Assembly: GCA_963818455.1 (NCBI GenBank)
Contig: CAWFSE010000005.1
Coordinates: 266,071 to 330,070 of the forward strand
DNA length: 64,000 bases
Direction: 5' to 3'
DNA from: an uncultured Actinomycetota bacterium
GTDB lineage: Bacteria > Actinomycetota > Actinomycetes > CAVWCF01
In this document: positions 9,660-19,113 of the stretch, piece by piece
How the letters are laid out: each line of letters opens with the position of its first letter
How positions within the stretch are numbered: position 1 is the first letter of the stretch
Position numbers and translations under genes: made by a program
Notes under the pieces: generated by a model
Seen by the model: the letters and a program-made list of their open reading frames with translations, nothing else
The model's database searches: none
Told to the model about the DNA's origin: nothing

Positions 9660-10409
9660 TCAGGTCAGCGACTCGACCAACGCGCGCAGGGCGGCGGCCA
9701 CCGCCGCCGGCTGCTCAAGGGCGGCCAGGTGGCCGGCGCCGTCGATCGTGGTGACCGGGCAGCCGAGCGCGCCCGCCATCGCCTCCACGTCGGCCTGGCT
9801 GCTCAGCACGTCGTCCGCCCCCCGCAGGACGAGGGCCGGCAGCCCGGCCAGGGCCCGCAGGACGTCGAGGGTGTCGTCGCGCGCGGCCATGGCCCGCAAG
9901 GCGTACGCGACCGAGGCGGGCGGGGCCGCGGCGACCTGCGCGCGCACCGACTCGACGAGGTCGGGACGGGCGGCCGCGGTGGCCTCCCCCAGCAGCTTGG
10001 GCGCCACCTCGTCGAGGATCACCGCGAGGCCGTCGGCCTCGGTGGCCGCCGCCTGCCGGAGCCGGTTCGCCCTCGCCGCCTCGGGATCGGCCGAGGCCTT
10101 GGTGTCGAGCAGGGCCAGGCCGACCACGCGGTCGTCGATCCGCTCGGCGTAGGCGGCGGCGTAGGCCAGCGTGACGTACCCGCCCATCGACGTGCCGCCG
10201 AGCACCACGGAGTCGTCGATCCCGCACACCGCCGCGTCGACGGCGTCGGCGTACGCCGCGAGCGAGGGCTCGGATCCGGGCGCGGGGGCTGCCGCGCCGA
10301 AGCCGGGGAAGTCCGGCGTGACGAGGGGGACGCCGGCCAGCTCGGCACGCAGCGGGCCGTACATCCACGACGACAGCGGGAAGGCGTGCAGCAGCACCAG
10401 GGTGGTCAT
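9660..10409 (-). CDS. alpha/beta-fold hydrolase
   Basis: 249 aa, intact. It has a nucleophile-elbow motif (VVLGGTSMGGYV) and an N-terminal LLHAFPLSS motif. Confidence 0.8.
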   Translation of the reverse strand: MTTLVLLHAFPLSSWMYGPLRAELAGVPLVTPDFPGFGAAAPAPGSEPSLAAYADAVDAAVCGIDDSVVLGGTSMGGYVTLAYAAAYAERIDDRVVGLALLDTKASADPEAARANRLRQAAATEADGLAVILDEVAPKLLGEATAAARPDLVESVRAQVAAAPPASVAYALRAMAARDDTLDVLRALAGLPALVLRGADDVLSSQADVEAMAGALGCPVTTIDGAGHLAALEQPAAVAAALRALVESLT

Positions 10410-10413
10410 CGGA

Positions 10414-11170
10414 TCACGTGATCGACAGGCCGCCGTCGGCGACCAGCAGCTGGCCGGTGACGAAGGCCGAGGCGTCGCTGGCCAGGAAGACGGCCGGCTG
10501 GGCGATCTCCTCCGGCTGGCCCCACCGCTGCATCGGCACCCGGCCGATCAACGCGGTCTCGGCGTCGGGGTTGTCGCGGATGAAGTCGGTGAGGTCCGTG
10601 GCGATCCACCCCGGCACCAAGGCGTTCACCCGCACGCCGGCCCACGCCCACTCCAGCGCGAGCGATCGGGTCAGCGAGATCAGCGCGGCCTTGGCCGCCG
10701 AGTAGTGGGCCATCATCGGCGCGGCCGTGATGCCGGCCACCGACGAGACGTTGATCAGCGACCCGGACCGCTGCTCCAGCAGGATCGGGCCGACCGCCTG
10801 CGCGACGAAGAAGCACGAGTCCAGGTTGAGCCGCAGGGTCTTCTCCCAACCGCTGGGCCGCATCCCGACGACGGGCGACATGAAGGTGTTGCCGCCGGCG
10901 TTGCTGACCACGATGTCGAGCCCGCCGAACTGCTCGACCGCGCGTGGCCACGGCGGCCTGCACGGCCTCCTGCGAGGTCACATCGGCGGTGACCATGACG
11001 GCCCGCCGCCCGGCGGTCTCCACCAGCTGGGCGGTCTCGGCCAACCGCACCTCGTCGCGGGCCACCAGCGCGACGTCGGCGCCCGCCCGCGCGTACGCCG
11101 CGGCGATGGCCCGGCCGATCCCCCGCGAGGCCCCCGTCACGAGCGCGCGCTTGCCGGTCAGGTCGGTCAT
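10414..11170 (-). pseudogene. short-chain dehydrogenase/reductase (SDR), one +1 frameshift as given
   Basis: ATG 11170 has a GGAGG ribosome-binding site. The protein reads MTDLTGKRALVTGASRGIGRAIA.. and then the frame changes near 10941-10944. It resumes as ..EQFGGLDIVVSNAGGN...SSVAG...YSAAKAAL... The length is 757 nt (3n+1). Confidence 0.85.
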
Positions 11171-11939
11171 CGGGAGCCTCCAGGTCGCTCGGCCGGTGGG
11201 GACGTCGTTGTGGGTCTCGTACGGACCCTCCCATGCGGTCGGCAGCGGCGCCGCCCCGGGGACGACGGCGGCCACCACCTCGTCCAAGACGCGGCGCACG
11301 AACGGCTCGCCGACCCACAGGTGCTTGGCCCCCTCGACGGCGACGACCCGCGCCTGCGGGATGCGGGCGAACCGCTCGACCGCCTCCTCCGGGCGCAGGT
11401 AGTCGTCGAGCTCGGGGACCAGGGCGACGACCGGCCGCCCCGAGGCGCCCCACCGGTCGAGGTCGGCCTCGTCCGAGAACCGCAGCGGCGGCGAGAGCAG
11501 GATCGCGCCCTCGACCCCCGGCAGCAGGCCGTGGCGCAGCGCCAGATCGGTGCCGAAGGACCAGCCCAGCAGCCAGCATGCGCGGCAGCCCCGCCGATGT
11601 CGCGTACGCCATCGCGGCCTCGACGTCGAGGCCCTCGCCCTCGCCGGACTCGAACTCCCCCTCGCTCCTGCCGGCCGCCGACAGGGTGCCCCGGGTGTTG
11701 AAGCGCAGCACGGCCAGCCCGGCGAGCGCGGGCAGCCGCCAGGAGGCCTTGCGCAGCACGTGGCTGTCCATCATCCCGCCGTGCGTGGGCAGCGGGTGCA
11801 GGCAGACCAGGGTCGCCACCGGCTCCCGGTCGGCCGGCAGCGCCAGCTCGCCCACCAGCGCCAGCCCGTCGCCCGTGTAGAGCGTCAGCGCCTCCCGCCG
11901 GGCGGGGAGCACGAGGTTGGCGCGCAGCTCGGTCGTCAC
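11167..11939 (-). pseudogene. alpha/beta-fold hydrolase, frameshifted; 3' end uncertain
   Basis: GTG 11939 overlaps the upstream stop (GTGA). The protein reads VTTELRANLV...LVCLHPLPTHGGMMDS...AMAYATSAGLP. A frame change at about 11578-11581 leads into CWLLGWSFGTDLALRH...LLSPPLRF... That frame then runs without a stop into the SDR. A third frame gives a TGA overlapping the SDR ATG at 11167-11170, which suggests a second indel near 11190. Confidence 0.65.
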
Positions 11940-12211
11940 CGGCGCGGCCCCCTCGACTCCCGGGCCCGCCAGCAGGGGCTGTGCCAGTGCCGACGCAGGT
12001 CCAGCCCGGCTCCCACCGAGGGGTCCTCCTGCGGCCACGCCACCACATGGGGCGTCGCGGGGCGGATCTCTTGGTCGCACCCCGGGCAGCGGTACGGCTT
12101 GGTGCTCGCCGACCCGGTGATGGAGCGCACCACCCAGGGCTCGCCCCGGTAGTCCTCCACGCGCTCCACCGCTGGGGGCGGAGGGGGTCGGCGCGGCGCT
12201 CGGCGGCTCAC
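11936..12211 (-). CDS. small conserved zinc-ribbon-like protein (91 aa)
   Basis: The protein reads VSRRAPRRPPPPPAVERVEDYRGEPWVVRSITGSASTKPYRCPGCDQEIRPATPHVVAWPQ...RRHWHSPCW. This gives a CxxC...HxxC arrangement. Its stop overlaps the downstream hydrolase start. Confidence 0.6.
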   Translation of the reverse strand: MSRRAPRRPPPPPAVERVEDYRGEPWVVRSITGSASTKPYRCPGCDQEIRPATPHVVAWPQEDPSVGAGLDLRRHWHSPCWRARESRGPRR

Positions 12212-12262
12212 CCGCGCCACCCTACGACCGGCCACCGGCGCAGCGGCGGGCAGGATGCGGAC

Positions 12263-13291
12263 ATGCGCACCTTCGCCAGCGACAACACCTCCGGGGCCCA
12301 TCCCGCCATCCTGGCCGCCCTCGTCGCGGCCAACGAGGGGCACGCCCTCGCGTACGGCGACGACCCCTGGACCGAGCGCGCCACCAGCCTGATCCGCGAC
12401 CTGCTCGGGGGCTCCGCCGAGGTGCTGTTCGCCTTCGGGGGCACCGGCGCCAACGTCACCGCCCTGCACACCCTGGTCGGCCCCGGCGACGCCGTGCTGT
12501 GCACCGAGTGGGCGCACATCCACGTCGACGAGTGCGGCGCCCCCGAGCGGCTCACCGGCGCGAAGCTCGTGCCGCTGCCCAGCGCGGACGGCCGGCTCAC
12601 GCCCGAGCAGGTCGAGGAGGCCTGCGGCGTGCTCGGCGACCAGCACCACGTCCAGCCGGCCGTCGTCTCGCTGACCCAGGCCACCGAGGTGGGCGCCGTC
12701 TGGACCGCAGACCAGATCGCCGCGGTGGCCGAGGCGGCGCACCGGCGCGGGCTGCGGGTGCACGTCGACGGGGCTCGGCTGGCCAACGCCGTGGCCGCGC
12801 TCGGCCGCCCGGTCCGCGAGCTCACCGAGGCCGGGGTCGACGTGCTGACCTTCGGCGGCACCAAGAACGGGATGGTGTTCGGCGAGGCCGTCGTGTGGCT
12901 CGACCCCGCACTCGCCACGCGGGCGCGCTTCGCCCGCAAGCAGGCCGGGCAGCTGCCGAGCAAGACCCGGTTCGTGGCCGCCCAGTTCGAGGCGGCGCTC
13001 GCCGACGGGCTCTGGCTGCGCGCCGCCACCCACGCCAACGCGATGGCCGCGCTGCTGGCCGAGCGGGTGGCCGCCGTCCCGGGGGTCACGCCCAGCCGCC
13101 CCACCGAGGCCAACGCGGTCTTCGCCCTGATGCCCCGCGCGCGCGTGGCCGCGCTGCAGGAGCGCACGCCGTTCTACGTGTGGGACGAGCGGCCCGGCCA
13201 CGCCGAGGTCGAGGTGCGGTGGGTCGCGTCGTGGGACACCACCGAGGCCGACGTGGACGCCTTCGTCGCGCTGCTGGACCCCGCCGCCTAG
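12263..13291 (+). CDS. ltaE: low-specificity L-threonine aldolase (PLP-dependent, beta-eliminating lyase family)
   Basis: ATG 12263. The protein reads MRTFASDNTSGAHPAILAALVAANEGHALAYGDDPWT...FGGTKNGMVFGEAVV (PLP-lysine context). 342 aa, intact. Confidence 0.85.
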   Translation: MRTFASDNTSGAHPAILAALVAANEGHALAYGDDPWTERATSLIRDLLGGSAEVLFAFGGTGANVTALHTLVGPGDAVLCTEWAHIHVDECGAPERLTGAKLVPLPSADGRLTPEQVEEACGVLGDQHHVQPAVVSLTQATEVGAVWTADQIAAVAEAAHRRGLRVHVDGARLANAVAALGRPVRELTEAGVDVLTFGGTKNGMVFGEAVVWLDPALATRARFARKQAGQLPSKTRFVAAQFEAALADGLWLRAATHANAMAALLAERVAAVPGVTPSRPTEANAVFALMPRARVAALQERTPFYVWDERPGHAEVEVRWVASWDTTEADVDAFVALLDPAA

Positions 13292-15069
13292 CGCGACTCG
13301 TACACCCGGAAGCCGCGGCCGGTCTTGCGGCCCAGGTAGCCGGCCGTCACGAGGTGCTCCAGCAGCGGGGCCGGCGCGAAGCCCGGCTCGCGGAACTCGC
13401 GGTAGAGCGTCTGCTGGATGGCCAGCGACACGTCGAGGCCGACCACGTCGAGCAGCTCGAACGGGCCCATCGGGTAGCCGCAGCCGACCTTCATCGCGGT
13501 GTCGATGTCCTCGCTGCTGGCGTAGTGCGCCTCCAGCATCTTGACCGCGTCGTTGAGGTACGGGAAGAGCAGCGCGTTGACGATGAAGCCGGCGCGGTCG
13601 CCGCAGGTGACCGCGTGCTTGCCGAGCCGCTCGCACACCTCGAGCGCGGTGGCCATCACGTCGTCGGCGGTCTGCACGGTGCGCACGACCTCGACCAGCC
13701 GCATCACCTGGGCGGGGTTGAAGAAGTGCAGGCCGACCACGTCGCCGGGGCGCTCGGTGGCCATCGCCAGCTCCACGACCGGCAGGCTGGAGGTGGTCGT
13801 GGCCAGCACGGCGCCCGGCTTGCAGACCTCGTCGAACGTGGCGAACAGCGTCTGCTTGATGCCGAGGTCCTCGGCCACGGCCTCGAGCACCAGGTCGCGG
13901 TCGGCGAAGTCGTCGAGCTGGGTCGAGCCGGTCACCCGGGCCAGCGCGGCGTCGCGGTCGGCCTGGTCGAGCTTGCCGCGCGCCACCCCCTTGTCGAGCG
14001 AGCGCTCGAGGGCCGCGCGCACCTTGGCCACCTTGTCCTCGCCGCGGGCGACGAACAGCACGTCGAAGCCGGCCTTGGCGAAGACCTCGATGATCCCGGT
14101 GGCCATCGTCCCGGAGCCGGCGACGCCGACCTTGTGCACCGGGCGGGCGCCCTCGAACACCCCGTCGGCGGGCGGGGTGAGCTCGTCGGCGACCACGACC
14201 GGGGAGTCCTTGGTCTCGTACGTGTAGAAGCCGCGCCCCGACTTGCGGCCCATCAGGCCGGCCGTCCGCATCTGCTTGAGGATCGGGGCCGGCGCGTGCA
14301 GGCGGTCGCGGGTCTGCCGGTACATCGTGTCGAGGATCTCGTAGGCGGTGTCGGTGCCGATCAGGTCCAGGAGCGCGAGCGGGCCCATCGGGTAGCCGCA
14401 GCCCAGCCGCATGGCCGCGTCGATGTCCTCGCGGGTGGCGTAGCGCGACTCGTACATCGAGACCGCGTGGTTGATGTAGCCGAACAGCAGGGCGTTGGCG
14501 ATGAAGCCGGCCTTGTCGCCGACGACCACCGGCACCTTGCCCAGCCGCTCGGCCAGCGCCTTGATGTCCTCGATGACGTCGTCGTCGGTGACGACGGTGC
14601 GGATGACCTCGACCAGCTTGAGCACGGGCGCCGGGTTGAAGAAGTGCATCCCGATCACCTGCGCCGGGCGGGACGTCGCCACCGAGATCTCGGTGACCGA
14701 CAGCGACGAGGTGTTGGTCGCCAGGATCGCGCGCGGGGGCAGGATCTTGTCGAGCCGGGCCAGGGTGTCCTGCTTGAGGTCGAGGTGCTCGGGCACCGCC
14801 TCGACGACGAGGTCGCACTCGGCCAGGTCGTCCAGCGAGGTGCTCAGCGTGATCCGCGCGTTGATCTCGGCGGCCTGCTCGTCGGTGAGCTTGCCGCGCT
14901 TGATCGCCCGCCGGATCGAGGAGTCGAGGTGGCCGCGGCCCCGGGCGACGGCGTCGTCGCTGATCTCGACGCCGATCACCGAGATCCCGCTGCGCGCGAA
15001 GACCTCGGCGATGCCGGCCCCCATGGTGCCCAGTCCGACGACCCCGACGGTGTGGAACTCGCGCGCCAT
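13288..15069 (-). CDS. 3-hydroxyacyl-/3-hydroxybutyryl-CoA dehydrogenase, two tandem HCDH modules fused
   Basis: ATG 15069 has an AAGGAG ribosome-binding site. Module 1 reads VGVVGLGTMGAGIAEVFA...GMHFFNPAPVLKLVEV...GYPMGPLALLDLIG. Module 2 reads VGVAGSGTMATGIIEVFA...GLHFFNPAQVMRLVEV...GYPMGPFELLDVVG. 593 aa, intact. Confidence 0.9.
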   Translation of the reverse strand: MAREFHTVGVVGLGTMGAGIAEVFARSGISVIGVEISDDAVARGRGHLDSSIRRAIKRGKLTDEQAAEINARITLSTSLDDLAECDLVVEAVPEHLDLKQDTLARLDKILPPRAILATNTSSLSVTEISVATSRPAQVIGMHFFNPAPVLKLVEVIRTVVTDDDVIEDIKALAERLGKVPVVVGDKAGFIANALLFGYINHAVSMYESRYATREDIDAAMRLGCGYPMGPLALLDLIGTDTAYEILDTMYRQTRDRLHAPAPILKQMRTAGLMGRKSGRGFYTYETKDSPVVVADELTPPADGVFEGARPVHKVGVAGSGTMATGIIEVFAKAGFDVLFVARGEDKVAKVRAALERSLDKGVARGKLDQADRDAALARVTGSTQLDDFADRDLVLEAVAEDLGIKQTLFATFDEVCKPGAVLATTTSSLPVVELAMATERPGDVVGLHFFNPAQVMRLVEVVRTVQTADDVMATALEVCERLGKHAVTCGDRAGFIVNALLFPYLNDAVKMLEAHYASSEDIDTAMKVGCGYPMGPFELLDVVGLDVSLAIQQTLYREFREPGFAPAPLLEHLVTAGYLGRKTGRGFRVYESR

Positions 15070-15150
15070 CTCAGCACTCCTTGCGGCCGAAGCGAACACG
15101 CAGCCGAATTCGGCCCGTGCGTCGGCTTCGAGTGTCCCAGACTGGGGTGC

Positions 15151-16675
15151 ATGGCCATCGCCGACCCCCACGCCCCCGAGCCAGCCACCGAGTCGCCACC
15201 GAGACGTTCGCCTCGCTCAATCCCGCCACCGGCGAGGAGGTCGCGCGCTTCCCCGTGCACGACGCGCACGCCGTCGCCGAGGCGGTCGACCGCGCCCGCA
15301 TCGCGGCCCGCTGGTGGGCGGATCTCGGCTTCGGCGGCCGCAAGCGGCGGCTGCTGGCCTGGAAGAGCCTGCTGGCCCAGCGCATCGACGAGCTCGCCGA
15401 GCTGATCCACCGCGAGACCGGCAAGCCGGTCGATGACGCGACCCTCGAGATCATCGCTGGCGATCGACCACATCGACTGGGCCGCCAAGCACGCCGAGCG
15501 GGTGCTGCGCCGGCGGTCGGTGCGCCCGTCGCTGATGTCGGCCAACCAGCAGGCCTCCCTGGGCTACCAGCCCTACGGCGTGATCGGCGTGATCGGCCCG
15601 TGGAACTACCCGGTCTTCACCCCGATGGGGTCCTTGGCCTACGCCTTGGCCGCCGGCAACGCGGTCGTCTTCAAGCCGAGCGAGCTGACCCCCGCGGTGG
15701 GGGCGGCCATGGTCGACTGGTTCGGCGAGGCGGTGCCCGAGCAGCCCGTGCTGCAGCTGGTGACCGGCCCCGGCGCCACCGGCGACGCCCTGGTGCCGCT
15801 CCGGCGTCGACAAGGTCGCGTTCACCGGCTCGGGGCGCACCGGCCGCAAGATCATGGCCGCCTGCGCCGAGCGGCTCACCCCGGTGCTCATGGAGTGCGG
15901 CGGCAAGGACGCCGTCATCGTCTGCGCCGACGCCGACCTGCCGGCGGCCGCCGACGCGATCGTCTTCGGGGCGATGTCCAACGGCGGCCAGACCTGCCTG
16001 GGCGTCGAGCGGGTCTACGTCGCCCGCGAGGTGGCCGACGAGCTGATCGGCGCTGGTCGAGGCGAAGGCCCTGGCCCTCGACCCGGGCTCCCACCTCGGC
16101 GCGTCCTACGGCCCCGCGACCCTCGCGGCCCAGCTCGACGTCGTCCGAGCGCCACGTCGACGACGCGCTGGAGCGGGGCGGCCAGGCCGTCGTCGGCGGC
16201 CGCGACTCCGTCCGGGCCGGGCAGGCCCACCCGGTCGTCCTCGTCGATGTGCCCGAGGAGTCGCTCGCGGTGCTCGAGGAGACCTTCGGCCCCACCGTGA
16301 CGATCGCCCGGGTGCGCGACGACGACGACGCGGTCGCGCGCGCCAACGCCTCGTCGTACGGCCTGGGCTCGGCGGTCTTCACCCGCTCGCGCCGCCGCGG
16401 CCAGGACATCGCCGAGCGCCTGCAGTGCGGCATGACGAGCATCAACGCCGTGTGGGCCTTCGCGTTCGCGCCCGCGCTGCCGTTCGGCGGCGTGGGTGAG
16501 TCCGGCTTCGGCCGGATCCACGGCGCCGACGGCCTGCGCGAGTTCGCCCGGGCCAAGGCCATCACCCGCCAGCGGTTCGCGCTGCCGGTGGCGCTGGCTG
16601 AGCTTCGACCGCAAGCCCGAGACCACGCGCCAACTCGTCCGGGTGGTGCAGCTGCTGCACGGCCGCCACGCGTAA
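15151..16675 (+). pseudogene. NAD(P)-dependent aldehyde dehydrogenase, about 6 frame changes as given
   Basis: ALDH segments are spread over three frames: ..ATETFASLNPATGEEVARFPVHD..; ..ILAIDHIDWAAKHAERV..GVIGPWNYPVFTP..VVFKPSELTP..; ..VAFTGSGRTGRKIMAACAERLTPVLMECGGKDAVIV..GQTCLGVERVYV..; ..EETFGPTVTI..SSYGLGSAVFT... Shifts lie near 15190, 15455, 15795, 16052, 16147 and 16598. The stop is TAA at 16673-16675. The start is uncertain. Confidence 0.75.
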
Positions 16676-16686
16676 CCTCGCGCCCC

Positions 16687-17362
16687 ATGCGGCTTGTCAT
16701 CGCCCGGTGCTCCGTCGACTACGCGGGCCGGCTGAGCGCCCACCTGCCGCTCGGCCACCCGGCTGCTGCTCGTCAAGGCCGACGGCTCGGTGCTCGTGCA
16801 CTCCGACGGCGGCTCGTACAAGCCGCTGAACTGGATGAGCCCGCCGTGCCTGCTGGAGATGGAGGTCGACGCCGCGGGGATCGGCGTCTGGCGGGTGGTG
16901 AACAAGTCCGGCGAGCAGCTCGTGGTCACCATCGAGGCGGTCCTGCACGACTCCGCGCATGAGCTGGGCGCCGACCCCGGGCTGACCAAGGACGGCGTCG
17001 AGGCCCACCTGCAGGCCCTGCTCGCCGAGCACGTGGAGACCCTGGGCGAGGGGTGGCGGCTGGTGCGCCGCGAGTACATGACCGCGATCGGCCCGGTCGA
17101 CCTGCTCTGCCGCGATGCGGCCGGGGCCGCGGTCGCCGTCGAGATCAAGCGGCGCGGCGAGATCGACGGGGTGGAGCAGCTGACCCGGTACCTCGAGCTG
17201 ATGAACCGCGATCCGCTGCTCGCGCCCGTGTCGGGGGTCTTCGCCGCCCAGGAGATCAAGCCGCAGGCGCGCACGCTCGCCGAGGACCGCGGCATCCGGT
17301 GCGTCGTCCTCGACTACGACGCGCTGCGCGGGATCGACGACCCGACCACCCGGCTGTTCTAG
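16687..17362 (+). pseudogene. nucS: endonuclease NucS/EndoMS (actinobacterial mismatch-repair nuclease), one +1 frameshift as given
   Basis: The protein reads [22 protein letters not shown] and then the frame changes at 16752/16753 (extra G in ctcGgcc). It resumes as [28 protein letters not shown]...[35 protein letters not shown]... The length is 676 nt (3n+1). Confidence 0.9.
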
Positions 17363-17391
17363 ACGCACCGCCGCGGCGCCAGAGTGGGCGC

Positions 17392-18253
17392 GTGACCAGC
17401 GCGATCCGCGTCCGCGGCCTCACCAAGCACTACGGCGACCTGGCGGCCGTCGACGGCCTCGACCTCGACGTCGAGGTCGGCGAGTGCGTCGCCCTGCTCG
17501 GCCCCAACGGCGCCGGCAAGACGACGACCGTGGAGATCCTCGAGGGCTACCGCCAGCGCGACGGCGGGGACGTCGAGGTGCTGGGCCACGACCCGCACCA
17601 CCGGCGACCGGGACTGGCGCGCGCGCCTCGGCATCGTGCTGCAGTCCGCCAGCGACCTGGCCGACCTGACGGTGGCCGAGGCCGTGGCGCCACTTCGCCG
17701 CGTACTTCCCCGACCCGCGCGACGTCGGAGGAGGTGATCGAGGCCGTCGGCCTGGCCGAGAAGCGCGACACCCGCGGCGACAAGCTCTCCGGCGGCCAGC
17801 GCCGGCGGCTCGACGTGGCCCTCGGGATCATCGGCCGGCCCGAGCTGCTCTTCCTCGACGAGCCGACCACCGGCTTCGACCCCGAGGCGCGGCGGGAGTT
17901 CTGGGACCTGATCCGCTCGCTGCAGGACGGGGGCACCACGATCGTGCTCACGACCCACTACCTCGACGAGGCCGAGGCGCTCGCCGACCGGGTCGGCGGT
18001 GATCAGCCGCGGCCGGCTGCTGGAGATCGGGCCGCCCGAGACCCTCGGCGGGCGCTCGGAGCGGACCGCCGCCGTGTCGTGGCGCGAGGACGGCGAGCTG
18101 CGCGTCGAGCACACCGACCACCCCACGCGGGCTGGTCCGCGACCTCGCCGAGCGCTTCGGCGGCGAGGTGCCCGAGCTGTCGTCACGCGGCCCACCCTGG
18201 AGGACGTCTACCTGTCGCTGGTCGGCGAAGCGGCCCTGGAGGCGGACTCATGA
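17392..18253 (+). pseudogene. ABC transporter ATP-binding protein (ABC-2/DrrA-like), about 6 frame changes as given
   Basis: It has a Walker A motif (LLGPNGAGKTTT), the signature LSGGQRRRLDVA and a Walker B motif (LLFLDEPTTGFD). Shifts lie near 17603, 17688, 17728, 17995, 18131 (+1) and 18180 (-1). Its stop overlaps the permease ATG (ATGA at 18250-18253). Confidence 0.8.
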
Positions 18254-19091
18254 GCGCGCCCGCGGCGCAGCCGCCGACACCCGCCTGCCCTCGGCGCTCA
18301 GGCTCGGCCGCCAGCCGGATCGTCGTGGAGCTCAAGGAGTTCTTCCGCGACCGCGAGTCCGCGGTCTTCAACTTCATGCTGCCGATGTTCCTGCTGGTGA
18401 TCTTCGGCTCGGTCTTCAGCGGCCAGGAGCTCGGGCCGACCGGCATCACCTTCGCGCAGTACTTCGTGGCCGGGATGATCGCCTCCGGCATCCTCTACAC
18501 GTCGTTCCAGAACCTCGCGATCAGCATCCCGCTCGAGCGCGAGAACGGCTCGCTCAAGCGGCTGCAGGGCACCCCGATGCCGAAGATGTCGTACTTCATC
18601 GGCAAGGTCGGCATGGTCTTCACCGCCTATGTCGCCCAGGTCGTGATCCTGATCGCCGTCGGCGTGGCGCTTCTACGGCATCGAGCTGCCCTCCACGCGC
18701 CGACCGGTGGTTCGCCTTCGTCTGGATCAGCGTCCTGGGGCTCATCTCGTGCACGCTGTGCGGGATCGCGTTCTCCACCGTGCCCAAGCGGGCGCAAGGG
18801 CGCCTCGGCCCTCGTGACGCCGATCGTGCTCGTGCTGCAGTTCACGTCCGGGGTGTTCTTCCTCTTCCAGGACCTGCCCTCGTGGATGCAGACGTTCGCC
18901 TCGCTCTTCCCGCTCAAGTGGCTGACCCAGGGCATGCGCTACGTGTTCCTGCCCGGACAGCGCGCAGGTCCTGGAGGTGGCCGGCGCGTGGGAGCTGCCC
19001 CGCATCGCGCTCGTCTCTGAGCCTGTGGGTGGTGCTCGGTCTCGTGCTCGCCCTGGTGTTCTTCCGGTGGCAGCGCCGCGGCGACGGCTGA
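18250..19091 (+). pseudogene. ABC-2 type transporter permease, about 5 +1 frame changes as given
   Basis: Hydrophobic segments ([89 protein letters not shown]) fall in rotating frames. Shifts lie near 18669, 18700, 18795, 18955 and 19015. The length is 842 nt. Confidence 0.75.
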
Positions 19092-19113
19092 GCGCCGACG
19101 CCTGGGCCAGGGG

